Origin: the human T2T-CHM13v2.0 reference genome, Homo sapiens
Direction: 5' to 3' (one strand)
Assembly: GCF_009914755.1 (NCBI RefSeq)
Contig: NC_060926.1
DNA length: 64,000 nt
Under the pieces are notes generated by a model that had not been told where the DNA came from, did no database searches, and saw only the letters and a program-made list of their open reading frames with translations. Shown one piece after another: positions 1 to 40,895 of the stretch (positions within the stretch are counted from its first letter, which is position 1; every line of letters begins with the position of its first letter). A program made the position numbers and the translations under genes.

Positions 1-36
1 TTAAAATTTGGTAATGTAAGTCTTCCAACTTTGATC

Positions 37-4133
<4,097 letters not shown>

Positions 4134-4329
4134 TGATTTTTCTTTCTAATATTGTCCTTATTAGATTTTAGAATCAAGGTTATCCCTGCCTCCTAACATA
4201 GGAGAAGTAATTTCTCTTTTTCACCTCGTTATATGAGAGACACCCCTAACACAAAATTCTAAAGGCTTCTGATGTTTTATGCTAGGCACCTGGGACAAAA
4301 CCAGATTATTCTTTATTATAACAAACACA

Positions 4330-5041
<712 letters not shown>

Positions 5042-5879
5042 ATCCTATGTTTTCTTCTGAGAGTTTTATAGTTTTACAGCTCTTACATTTAGGTCTTTGC
5101 ATCATTTTGAATTAATTTTTTGAATTAGATGGTGTGAATTAAGAGTCCAACTTCATTCTTTTGCATGTGGCTATCTAGTTGTCCCAGCACCATTTGTTGA
5201 AGAGACTATTATTTTCCTATCGAATGGTCTTGTTACCCTTATAGAAAATCAATTGATTTGTAGATGTATGGATTTATTTCTAGACCCAATTTGATTTCAT
5301 AGATCTATATGTTTATCCTTATGCCAGTACCACACTGTTTTGATTACTACAGCTTCGTAAGTTTTAAAATCAGGAAGTATGAGTCCTCCAACTTTGTTCT
5401 TTTTCAAGATTGTTTTGGCTATTTAGGGACCTTTGTAATTCCATATGAATTTTAGGACCAGCTTTTTCATTTCTGTAAAAAAGGCTATTGGGATTTTGAT
5501 AGGGATTATACTGAATCTGTAGATTGCTTTGGGGAATATTGCCATTTTAATAATATTAAATATTCCAATCCATGAACAAGGGATGTCTTTCCATTTATTT
5601 AGGTCTTCTTTAGTTTTTCAACAATGCTTTGAACCTCTCAGTGTACAATCTTGCATGTCCTTGATTAAATTTATTCCTGAGTATTTTATTATTTTGGATG
5701 CTAAAAATGGAGTTGCTTTTATTAGCTCTAATAGGTTTCTTCTGGTTTCTTTCCGATATTCTGTATGTAAGATGTGTCATCTGTGAACACAGTTTTACTT
5801 GTTCCTTTCTAATTTGCATGGCTTTTCTTTTCCTTGCCTAATTGCTCTGGTTAGAACTTCTGTACAATTTTAAACAGAT

Positions 5880-7892
<2,013 letters not shown>

Positions 7893-8248
7893 TGCTCTTT
7901 ATCATGCTAAGGAAGTCTCCTTCTATTCCTGTTTGGTTGAGTGTTTTTATTATAAATTATTGTAGGATTATGTCAAATGCTTTTTTCTGCATCAATTTAT
8001 AGGATCATGTGAGTTTTTCTTTTTTATGTTATTAATGTGGTATATTACAGTGATTTATTTTCTTATGTTGAAAAATCTTTGCGTTCTTGGAATAAATCCT
8101 GTTTTCACTACTTCTATTCAACATTGTTTTGAAAGTCCTAGGCAGACCAATTAGGCATACTATGAATAGTTTGCTTTTCTTTGACTGAAAATTTCTCTAT
8201 TTTGCCTTAAATTTTGAAGGGTAGTTTCACTAAGTATAAAAGTCTAAG

Positions 8249-9220
<972 letters not shown>

Positions 9221-9555
9221 TTACCATATACTCCCTGCACTGTTAGCTTTCAAATGTTGTTTCTGCTTGCCTTTGTGTCTGGGACTCCTGTCTCCCCTTT
9301 CCTTCTGGGACTCCTATTACTGTGTCCCATATACCTATTGGCTCTTTTATCTATTTTCTTTCCATGCTTCATTATGGATATTTTCTTCAGACATTTCTTC
9401 AGTTGTGTCTAATCTGTACCCCTTACTGAGTTCTTTATTTCTCCTGTTCTAGAATTTCCATTAGATTTTTTTTATTTTTTTTCAGTTTTTAGTTCTTGGC
9501 CAAAATTCTCCATCTCGTCATCTAATTTCTTGTATATATAAAGGGCATATATTTT

Positions 9556-12045
9556 TTTTTTTTTTAATTAATTTATTTTTTTTTTATTGATCATTCTTGG
9601 GTGTTTCTCGCAGAGGGGGATTTGGCAGGGTCATAGGACAATAGTGGAGGGAAGGTCAGCAGATAAACAAGTGAACAAAGGTCTCTGGTTTTCCTAGGCA
9701 GAGGACCCTGCGGCCTTGGCCTTCCGCAGTGTTTGTGTCCCTGGGTACTTAAGATTAGGGAGTGGTGATGACTCTTAACGAGCATGCTGCCTTCAAGCAT
9801 CTGTTTAACAAAGCACATCTTGCACCGCCCTTAATCCATTTAACCCTGAGTGGACACAGCACATGTTTCAGAGAGCACAGGGTTGGGGATAAGGTCACAG
9901 ATCAACAGGATCCCAAGGCAGAAGAATTTTTCTTAGTACAGAACAAAATGAAAAGTCTCCCATGTCTACTTCTATCCACACAGACCCGGCAACCATCCGA
10001 TTTCTCAATTTTTTCCCCACCCTTCCCGCCTTTCTATTCCACAAAACCGCCATTGTCATCGTGGCCCATCCCCAATGAGCCGCTGGGCACACCTCCCAGA
10101 CGGGGTCGTGGCCGGGCAGAGGGGCTCCTCACTTCCCAGTAGGGGCGGCCGGGCAGAAGCGCCCCTCACCTCCCGGATGGGGCGGCTGGCCGGGCGGGGG
10201 GCTGACCCCCCCACCACCCTCCCGGACGGGGCGGCTGGCCAGGCAGAGGGGCTCCTCACTTCCCAGTAGGGACGGCCGGGCAGACGCGCCCCTCACCTCC
10301 TGGATAGGGCGGCTGGCTGGGCGGGGGGCTGTCCCCCCCACCTCCCTCCCGGACGGGGCGGCTGGCCGGGCAGAGGGGTCCTCACTTCCCAGTAGGGGCG
10401 GCCGGGCAGAGGCGCCCCTCACCTCCCGGACGGGGCGGCCGGCCGGAAGGGGGGCTGACCCCCCCCACCTCCCTCCCGGACCGGGCGGCTGGCCGACCCC
10501 CCCCCCCCCCGCCTCCCTCCCGGACGGGGCGGCTGGCCGGGCAGAGGGGCTCCTCACTTTCCAGTAGGGGCGGCCGGGCAGAGGCGCCCCTCACCTCCCG
10601 GACGGGGCGACTGGCCAGGCGGGGGGCTGATCCCCCCACCTCCCTCCCGGACGGGGCGGCTGGCCAGGCGGGGGGCTGACCCCCCCCACCTCCCTCCCGG
10701 ACGGGGCGGCTGGCCGGGCAGGGGGCTGACCCCCCCTCCCCCCTCCCGGACGGGGCGGCTGGCCGGGCGGGGGGCTGACCCCCCCACCTCCCTCCCGGAT
10801 GGGGCGGCTGGCCAGGTGGGGGGATGACCCCCCCACCTCCCTCCCGGGCGGGGCGGCTGGCCGGGCAGAGGGGCTCCTCACTTCCCAGTAGGGGCGGCCG
10901 GGCAGAGGCGCCCCTCACCTCCCGGATGGGGCGGCTGGCCAGGCGGGGGGCTGATCCCCCCACCTCCCTCCCGGACGGGGCGGCTGGCCGACCCCCCCCC
11001 CCCCCGCCTCCCTCCCGGATGGGGCGGCTGGCCAGGCAGAGGGGCTCCTCACTTCCCAGTAGGGGCGGCCGGGCAGAGGAGCCCCTCACCTCCCGGACGG
11101 GGCGGCTGGCCGGGCGGGGGGCTGACCCCCCCCACCTCCCTCCCGGACGGGGTGGCTGCTGGGCGGAGACGCTCCTCACTTCCCAGACGGGGTGGTTGCC
11201 GGACGGAGGGGCTCCTCACTTCTCAGACGGGGCGGTTGCCAGGCAGAGGGTTTCCTCACTTCTCAGACGGAGCGGCCGGGCAGAGACGCTCCCCACCTCC
11301 CAGACAGGGCTGCGGCCCAGCAGAGGCGCTCCTCACATCCCAGACAGGGCGGCGGGGCAGAGGTGCTCCCCACATCTCAGACGATGGGCGGCCGGGCAGA
11401 GACGCTCCTCACTTCCTAGATGGGATGGCGGCGGGGAAGAGGCGCTCCTCGCTTCCCAGATGGGATGGCGGCCGGGCAGAGACGCTCCTCACTTTCCAGA
11501 CTGGGCAGCCAGGCAGAGGGGCTCCTCACATCCCAGACGATGGGTGGCCAAGCAGAGACGCTCCTCACTTCCCAGACGGGGTGGCGGCCAGGCAGAGGCT
11601 GCAATCTCGGCTCTCCGGGAGGCCAAGGCAGGCGGCTGGGAGGTGGTTGCAGCGAGCCGAGATCACGCCACTGCACTCCAGCCTGGGCACCATTGAGCAC
11701 TGAGTGAACGAGACTCCATCTGCAATCCCGGCACCTCGGGAGGCCGAGGCTGGCGGATCACTCGCGGCTAGGAGCTGGAGACCAGCCCGGCCAACACAGC
11801 GAAACCCCGTCTCCACCAAAAAAAACCGAAAACCAGTCAGGCGTGGCGGTGCGCGCCTGCAATCGCAGGCACTCGGCAGGCTGAGGCAGGAGAATCAGGC
11901 AGGGAGGTTGCAGTGAGCCGAGATGGCAGCAGTACCGTCCAGCCTTGGCTCGGCATCAGAGGGAGACCGTGGAGGGAGAGGGAGAGGGAGAGGGAGAGGG
12001 AGGGGGAGGGAGAGGGAGAGGGAGAGGGAGAGGGAGAGGGAGAGC
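9556..12045 (-). mobile_element. Full-length young SVA retrotransposon (SVA_D-F class, possibly SVA_E)
   Basis: On + strand: poly(T), SINE-R (~9590-10090), GC-rich VNTR (~10090-11600), Alu-like part (~11600-11970), (GGGAGA)n hexamers 11970-12045. Perfect TSD taaagggcatatatttt at 9539-9555 and 12046-12062, followed by AAAA (TTTT/AA L1 endonuclease site). Subfamily call is by recall. Confidence 0.97.
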
Positions 12046-12888
12046 TAAAGGGCATATATTTTAAAATCCATGTTTTATTACACCAATATCTGGATTGCCT
12101 TGGATTTGTTTTTATTCCCCATGTTTATCTCTTAGTCTTCAGTCAGTCGGTCTTGTCTTCTAGTAAGCATGGCAATTTTTTATTTAATACCAGAGATTTT
12201 ATATATAATTTTGAAGAGAAAATTCAAGGTTCTGGATAAAGTTACTTTCCTCCAGAGAGTAGCGATATTTTTGCTTCTGGCAGTCATTTAGATGAGGGAT
12301 CATCTCAATCCAATAAAGGATTAAATTTATCAGAGGCTGAGCTTCCATTTTTGAGCCTGGTTTATTTCAGGTTTATTCTTACTCCTAGGTATAGCCCTTC
12401 GGGGATTCCAGCTGAAAGCCGGGGATATTAGGGGTTCTCAACTCATTTTTTTGTTCATCTATTCCCATAAAACTGTGAAATTTCAGTTTAGCTGGGCTTA
12501 TTTCCCTCCACTTCCTTTTTCTCTAGGATCTTGGCTCTTCTGGTTTTTGATCCCTTGATAGGTCTCTAATGACTTTAAATGGATATTTTAAAACATATTT
12601 TGTCCAACTTTTCTTGTTGTTTTCATTTGGAGGGTTCAAACCATTACTATAAATTGAAATCCCAAACTGGTGCTTTTTTTCTTTCCATTTTTTCCCCTTC
12701 TACTAGCTTGGAAGTTATGAACTCTGTTTCTATTATTTTAGTGGTTACTCCTCAGATTTAAATATATGTGCTTATCCATTCTTTATTCAGAAATGTTTTA
12801 TCAATGCTAGTAAGCCCATCCATTTCAGTACTTTGCATTCTTATTAATTTCTGGAAGTAAGATTTGATTCTGTTTTCAAATCTGCTAG

Positions 12889-17905
<5,017 letters not shown>

Positions 17906-18422
17906 TTATTTGAAATTGTAACAAATGTCATTACTGCCTTTAAAATGACCTGGAGCACTTTGAAAAAAATCCCAGAAGTTTTCCAACTACAGAATAAAAT
18001 TAAAATTCTACCATTAGGCATAACCTGGCTTCCATCTACCTTGTCAGCCTAGCATCTCCCACTACTTAGCAAAAGTGCACCTGACAATCATGACATGCTG
18101 ATCTCGGTGATGTTCCCACTTGCCTGAAATACTCTTTCTTCACCTAAAAGTCTTGTGCTGATTCTTTAAACTCCAGTACAAATGCAACTTCTTGAATAAT
18201 TCTCTTCCCTTCTCTCTTAGGAAGTTAATCACCGTCCTCTATATTCCCTGATATTTATATGTTTGTTACGGCATTTACATGTGGTTATGGATGCCAACTG
18301 TATCAATATCTGATACATGAGATGTATCAATATCTGATATCTAAAAGGTGAGAAGTGCTGTCAATAAAGTCTCTAACCTAGAACATAATCTGATTTTCTT
18401 TTTTCTTTTTGTGCTTCTCTAG

Positions 18423-18465
18423 ACTTCAAAGCAGCATAGATTGAAAAAGATCCAGAAATTAACAG
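18423..18465 (+). CDS. SPATA31H1: SPATA31H1/C2orf16 small internal coding exon (TSKQHRLKKIQKLT+G)
   Basis: Long polypyrimidine tract and ctag| acceptor, ACAG|gtcaga donor. 43 nt open in phase 0, ending in phase 1, which is what the next exon requires (G+AT=Asp). Confidence 0.75.
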
Positions 18466-19129
18466 GTCAGAGAGATCCTATCCTTTACTCTTCAGCTCAA
18501 GGTTAATAACAGACCAATTGTGGGTCAGCCTTATGACTCTAGCCTTAAATAGCAGGTGGAGGGAGGTTGAAAAAGAGGATGTAAATGGAAGAAGTGTGCC
18601 TCTTCTTTCTAGCATCTCCATGTCTAAAGATATGTATGTATACGGCTCCATAATTCTTTCCATGGTTCCTTTCCTTATACTTCCTTTCCTCAGCTCCTTT
18701 TGTGCAAAGCCCAAGGTATTGGGAAGGAAACTTGGTGAGATTTAGAATGGACAAAGGGTAACTACCAAGAGTTTGGTGAGGGAAGTTTCCCTATCTTTTC
18801 CCCCCCACCACAGATACTGGATAGACTCCTTTGGAGAAAAAGATATGTATCATGACCTCTGTTTCCCCTACTCTCACTGCTTATTACTATGATTATTCCT
18901 ATTCTTCCCAAAGTATATAGCTTACATCTACTGTATGATGAAGGCAGCATAGTATGGCTTTTTGAAAAATCTTGAGATGGGTTAAGTCTGAGATCTACCA
19001 CTAATTAGCTTTATGATCTTGGGTATAACTTCATCTTTGTTTCCTTATTTGCAAAAAGAGGGGGTTGGACAAAATGATCATGATCATCAATAGTCATGAG
19101 GCTGACAGATTCTTCACCTCTTCTCCCAG

Positions 19130-19184
19130 ATCCACAGTGGGAAGAAAACCTCAGGATGGCTTGCACTGAAGCTAACCTGACATG
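19130..19184 (+). CDS. SPATA31H1: SPATA31H1 small internal coding exon (D-PQWEENLRMACTEANLT-)
   Basis: ttctcccag| acceptor, ATG|gtgagt donor. Only one of three frames is open, and it fits the phases of both neighbouring exons. Confidence 0.8.
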
Positions 19185-19374
19185 GTGAGTAAAGCCTGTC
19201 TTCAGCCTATTCTACTGATAAATTCTGTGAAAGTTAGACGTAAAGTACCTGGACTCTGTTTTACTTCCTTCACTGTGATAGCTTTCTCCTTTCTAAGTTA
19301 AATCTCTCTTATTGTTTTCCTTACTGGTACTTTAATGAAACTTCAATTACATTGACATACACTGTTGCATCCAG

Positions 19375-19470
19375 TGTTTCAGAACTCCCTGTGGGCTGGA
19401 CCCAGGAATATATACTCTGGTCAATGGAGCGGAGCCTTCAACAGATCTTCCGATACCTAGAAAGCGCAAG
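19375..19470 (+). CDS. SPATA31H1: SPATA31H1 small internal coding exon (C-VSELPVGWTQEYILWSMERSLQQIFRYLESA-R)
   Basis: gcatccag| acceptor, AAG|gtcagg donor. 96 nt, phase 2 at both ends; AG+A joins the giant exon in frame. Confidence 0.8.
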
Positions 19471-19683
19471 GTCAGGCAATGTAGTTTCTGGGTGGGGATT
19501 GAAGGTGGTAGAGGTTTTAAAAAGAAGAAAGGAAGGGAATGAAGGAGGGAGGGAGAGAGGGAGAAGAGAGAGTTTGTTTTGTCTGTGGGGGTAGTTCTGG
19601 GTTCAAACTGGTGGAAGGATCATTTCTGGGTGGAATGGGAACAGTTTCCTCCCTTTGTCCTGGTGGAGAAATTATTTCTATAA

Positions 19684-35613
<15,930 letters not shown>

Positions 35614-35788
35614 GGCGAGGTCCGCCCCTATTATTCATTGTCCTAAGTCTTCATCGTGCTGCCCTTTCCAGGCTTCTTTCCTGCTCAGCCACTGCCTCCA
35701 ATTCCTGCGCCCCCAGCGTGGAAAGGCTTCCATTTCTCTCTACCGGGGGGGAGGCGGGTGAGAATGGGTCTGTAATTTCTCTAAGATG

Positions 35789-35794
35789 AATAAA
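35789..35794 (+). terminator. AATAAA polyadenylation signal of SPATA31H1 (3' UTR about 200 nt)
   Basis: First AATAAA after the stop codon at 35611-35613. Confidence 0.75.
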
Positions 35795-35899
35795 GGGGCA
35801 GTAAATGATCTTCCTGTGCATCTGGACTGAGACCACTGGGCGGGTGGATGGGGAAGGCAGGCTGGAGGGACACGAGGAGTTGTGCAAAGATTCGGAATG

Positions 35900-36350
35900 A
35901 GAGCCAGGGGTTTTGAGGCCCAGCCGAGGCTCCAAGCTCCGCCCCTTCACTCCAGACCCCACCCATAGGTTCCCGGGTCCCGCGTCGCGATCCCAGTGGG
36001 GCGGGGTCTCAGAGGAATCGGAGGGTGACTCATCACGTGACTCGCTCCGGCCGCAGCCCCCTCGGAAGCTGCTAGGCGGAAGTAGAAGTTCAGAAGAGGG
36101 CTAGGCGGAGCCGAGCCCACATCCGGGAGAGGAGAGCGGAAGTGGCGTTGGTCTGGCCGGAGCCCTTGGGTGAAATTGTTAGGCGTGGAGAGGGAGTGAT
36201 GTCTTCCAGACTCGGTGCTGTACCCGCCGTGAGTTTCTTGGTTTGACCGTTATGCTTTAGAGGTAGCGCTGTCGAGCCCGGAACACGCGGTCCCTCGCTT
36301 TTGTCCCATGCTGAGTTGGTTTTATCAGAGGCCATCGTAGGCCCCACCCT
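35900..36350 (+). promoter_or_regulatory. CpG-rich promoter/first exon region of ZNF512
   Basis: CpG-dense. TCGCGA 35985-35990, GC box ggggcgggg 35998-36006, TGACTCA 36026-36032 directly followed by TCACGTGAC 36033-36041, ETS-type CGGAAG at 36063, 36077 and 36137. Confidence 0.85.
36199..36228 (+). CDS. ZNF512: ZNF512 coding exon 1 (MSSRLGAVPA)
   Basis: ATG at 36199, donor GCC|gtgagt; matches the recognised ZNF512 N-terminus. Confidence 0.9.
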
Positions 36351-36743
36351 TCTAGATCAGATCACCTGTCCCTTTTTCTTTACCCACGTTCTGCTGCCTG
36401 TTCCCCACCTCCTTGGATTTAATTCCTCGCCACATTACCATTAGTTTCTATTCCTTTTACATCCCCAATGTCTCTCATATCCGTTGTCTTTTCTTTTGGC
36501 CTCCCTTTTAGAGCCTGGGACAGGGCTTTGAGAATGGGGGAAGACGAAGGCTCTGGTATTGTTACCCGCCTTTGCACTGCTGGAAGATAGGACAGCATAT
36601 TTTTCCTAAAAGGTGTTGCCTTCTTGTGTTTGAGGTGGTTTCCCCGGGAGAACTTCATTTCTTCTGGGCATAGGGGAATTCGTCTTTTTGTGGTCGAGGT
36701 TCAGAGGTCCCTAGCACTCACTCGTGTGCTTGTGATTTGCTAG

Positions 36744-36802
36744 ACTTCGGGACCCACAACCTTTAAGCAGCAGAGGAGCACGAGGATCGTGGGAGCTAAG
36801 AA
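36744..36802 (+). CDS. ZNF512: ZNF512 exon 2 (TSGPTTFKQQRSTRIVGAK-)
   Basis: ttgctag| acceptor, AA|gtaagt donor, in frame. Confidence 0.9.
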
Positions 36803-36842
36803 GTAAGTGAGGTTTTCTAAGGTCCTTTTATGATTGTGTCAC

Positions 36843-37234
36843 CAGCGCTGACCAGTAGAACTTCTTCCTGTGATGAAAATGTTCTGTATCTGCATTGTCC
36901 AGTATCATAGCCACTAACCCGGTGTGGATTTTGAGCAGTTGAAATGTGGCTAGTGCAACTGAGGGACTGAATTTTAAATTTTATTTGCCAAGTGAGTGAG
37001 GTTTTTCTAAGGTTTCTTTTGTGATTTTGTGGCCAGCGCTGTCCAGTGGAACTTCTTGTGACGAAAATGTTCTGTATCTGCACTGTCTAGTATCATAGCT
37101 ACTAGCCCCGTACGCCTTTTGAGCGCTTGAAATGTGGCTAGTGCGACTGAGGGATTGAATTTTAAATTTTATTTAATTTTAACTAACGTTAAATAGCCAC
37201 CTGTAGCTCGTGGCTATCGGATTGGACAGTGTAG
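36843..37234. mobile_element. MER3 (hAT-Charlie) DNA transposon relic, partly tandem-duplicated (partial copy 36843-36986, fuller copy 37034-37234)
   Basis: cagcgctgtcca...gaaatgtggctagtgc.actgagg.actgaattttaaattttattt...aaatagccac...attggacag matches MER3 as recalled. Confidence 0.8.
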
Positions 37235-39140
37235 GTCTAAGTCTAGTGTGTGGGAGAAAAACCTAGCTTGCAAAAAAAAAGTACAAATTGTAATAAAAAT
37301 GGAACCAAAGACTCAGTGGTAATTCTGTATTTCTCCAGACATGAAATTCGTGCTCATAAATACACTGATGAACTTGGGATGGATGATAAAAATGGCCGTA
37401 AGAAATCCTTGTATTTTTAAACTACTTGTCTGTAAGACTGGTTTATTATTTAGTACACTGAAGGTGCTTAGTTTTTCCATGGTTAATACAAAAGAAAACA
37501 TTCTTGTTAACTAGACATTAAATGGATTCATTCATTCAGGTGACATTTACTACATGTTTGCTGTGCGCCAGTTCTGTAGTAGGTTAGGAATACAGGCATG
37601 AAAAACAACTAGCAGTCTAGAAGGGGAGATAGGGAAGTAGGTCAACACAGTTCATTGTAATAAGTAAGTATTTTTAAGTAGGAATTTAATTTAGCCTTTG
37701 AGGAAGGGGAGTGATAGTTTGGAAGGGAAGGATTATCAGAGCAGGTCACTCCTAAGTAGAAACTTGAAAGTTGAGGAATCATGCAGTTAGTGAGAAGGAG
37801 AAAGGTTTTTCAGAACAGAGAACAGCATGTGAACGTGTGGAAAGAGTTAATGGGATAGTAAGTAGTTCTGTATGTCTGGGATAGAGGATGAGGGATTGCA
37901 GGGAGAGCGTTTAGAGAGGTTAGTAGGGGCTAGACCATGGAGGACCTGTTACGGCATGCTAAAGTGTTTGGATTTTATCCTGGAAGAGATAATGAGGGAA
38001 TGACATAGCCAGATATTGGTCTTAGGCCACTCTGGCAGCATTATGAAGGATGGATTTGGAAGGGTACTGGGAAACTGGTTCAGAGGTTATTATGATAACC
38101 TAAGAGATGAATAAAGAACATGTAGCCTATGGTGGGAACAATATACAGGGAATACGTAGGGAACAACGTATAGGGAATGTACAGGTGGTGATGATGAGAA
38201 GTGAGTAAGAGAAGGAAGATAGGATGTCTATGGGTTTCTGGCTTTGGCCATCAGGTGAATTTTGGAGTAATTCACAGAACTACAAATTTCTGAATGAGGA
38301 GCAACATTTGGAACAAAAACAAATAGGTTTGGACCTCAGATGAAGAGCTGGTCTGAAATACAGAATTGGGAATTATCAGCTATAAAAAATAATTGGAAAC
38401 ATGATGTTTTCTTCCACAAGCTGAGAGTTTTAATGAGCTCTTCTAGTTAAAGTGGTTAGAGCAATGTTTCTCAGTATGTACCTTGGTCACCTAGAGATAA
38501 TTGTTAAAAAATAAGATTATTAGGCCCCCATCCATTAACCAGATTTGGAATCATTGGGTTTAGGGCATAGAAATCTTTACTTTTAACTAGCTTCCTAGGA
38601 GATTGTGACATTTGAGAGTCAATGGTGAGAAGTGAGACCAGAGAAGAGTAGAGGAGGAAATCATGGAGAACACTAGCTTTTAAAGATTGGGTAGAATTAA
38701 ATAAGTTTACAAAGGATACCGAGATGAACTAAAGTACTTTTCTAATGAAATCTAAATATTTGCACATGGAAGAATGAGCTAGGGGCTCTTAAAAATTTTT
38801 GGTAGATCAGAAAGGAGTTGAAAATAGGCTAAACTTTTTATGTTTGTGATCAGAAGCTGAGAGTTGCCACACTGGTGGCAACAAATTATAAAATAAATGC
38901 AATTATGATAGTCATTGTATCACAACAAAGCTTTTTCTTGTTATATGTATGGAAAGGGAAGTTTGAGCTTAATCTGGTTTTTTTTACAAATAATCAAATG
39001 TCCTGGGGTTGATGGGTAGATATTGTAAAATACTTGAGAATTGTTTTTGTTGAGTGCTTTAAAAATAAAACATGAGACCTGGAGGAGGGATTCCCTAACC
39101 ACCTTGATTTAATCTCCAAGAGTTAATTATGATCATATGA

Positions 39141-39629
<489 letters not shown>

Positions 39630-40787
39630 TAGCATTGTTTGGGATGGTAGGTTTTGGCCTTAGAGGCCTGCCAGTCCATTAATTTTTAAAAATACCTTTA
39701 TTGAGGTATAATTAGAGTACAATAGACTGCACATATTTAAAGCGTACACTATGGTCAGCTTTGACGTATGTCTGTACCCGTGAAACCATTGCCACAATCA
39801 AGATAATAAACATTTTCATCTCTCTCAAAAGTTTGTTCATGTCTCTGCCATTTCTTCCTCCACTCCTGTCCACGGGCACCACTGTACAGTGGTTTGCATA
39901 TTCTAGGATTTTATATAAATGAAGTCACACAGTATGTTCTCATTTTTTTCATGATTTCTTTCACTCAGAATAATGATTTTGAGATGACAAATAGTTTTTA
40001 TTGCTGGGTAGAATTCCATTATGGATACCATAATTTGTTTAGCCATCTATCTTGATTGACATTTGAGTTATTTTCAGTTTTAGGGTGTCAAACAATAAGG
40101 CTGCTGTGAACGTTCATGTACAAGTCTTGTGTGGACAAATGCTTTCATTTCTTTTGATAAATATCTAAGATGGTATTTACCATCCTAGGTTGGTTGATTC
40201 ATATGGCAGGAGTATGTTTAGCTTTTTAGGAAACTACCTGCTTTCCAAAGTGGTATTATTTTGCATTCCTACCAGCAATGTATGAGTCAGTCTTTTCAAT
40301 TTTAGCTAATTTAATGGGTGTGTAGTGGTATCTCACTGTGGTTTTAATTCATGGGTTTTTTTTTTTTTTTTTTCTTTTTTTGAGACAGTGTCTCCCTCTG
40401 TCACCCAGGCTGGAGTGCAGTGGCCTGATCCTGGCTCACCGAACCCTTTGCCTCCCAGGTTTAACTGATTCTTCTGCCTTAGCCTCCTGAGTAGCTGGGA
40501 TTACCGGTGTGCATCACCACGCCTGACTAATTTTGGTATTTTTAGTAGAGATGGGATTTCACCATGTTGGCCAGGCTGGTCTCGAACTCCTGACCTTAAG
40601 TGTTCTGCCCACCTTGGCCTCCCAAAGTGCTGGGATTACATGCTTGAGCCACCACACCTGGCCTAATTTGTGGTTTTTAATTCATCATATATGAATAATA
40701 ATGTTGAGCATCTGTTCGTATTCTTTCTTTTTTTGATCTTTTTTTTTTTGCATCTGTTCATATTCTTTTTTATTTTATTTTTTTTGA

Positions 40788-40895
<108 letters not shown>

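Noticed and set aside
9591-12239. Many ORFs up to 290 aa in the first SVA (likewise 47108-48168 in the second)
   Set aside because: GC-rich VNTR and Alu-like sequence is stop-poor; SVAs are non-coding.
18363-18368. AATAAA 55 bp upstream of the 18423 exon
   Set aside because: A single hexamer in AT-rich intron is expected by chance; no supporting terminal exon.
19383-19470. Alternative acceptor tttcag| at 19382
   Set aside because: 8 nt downstream of the 19375 acceptor, so out of frame with the preceding exon.
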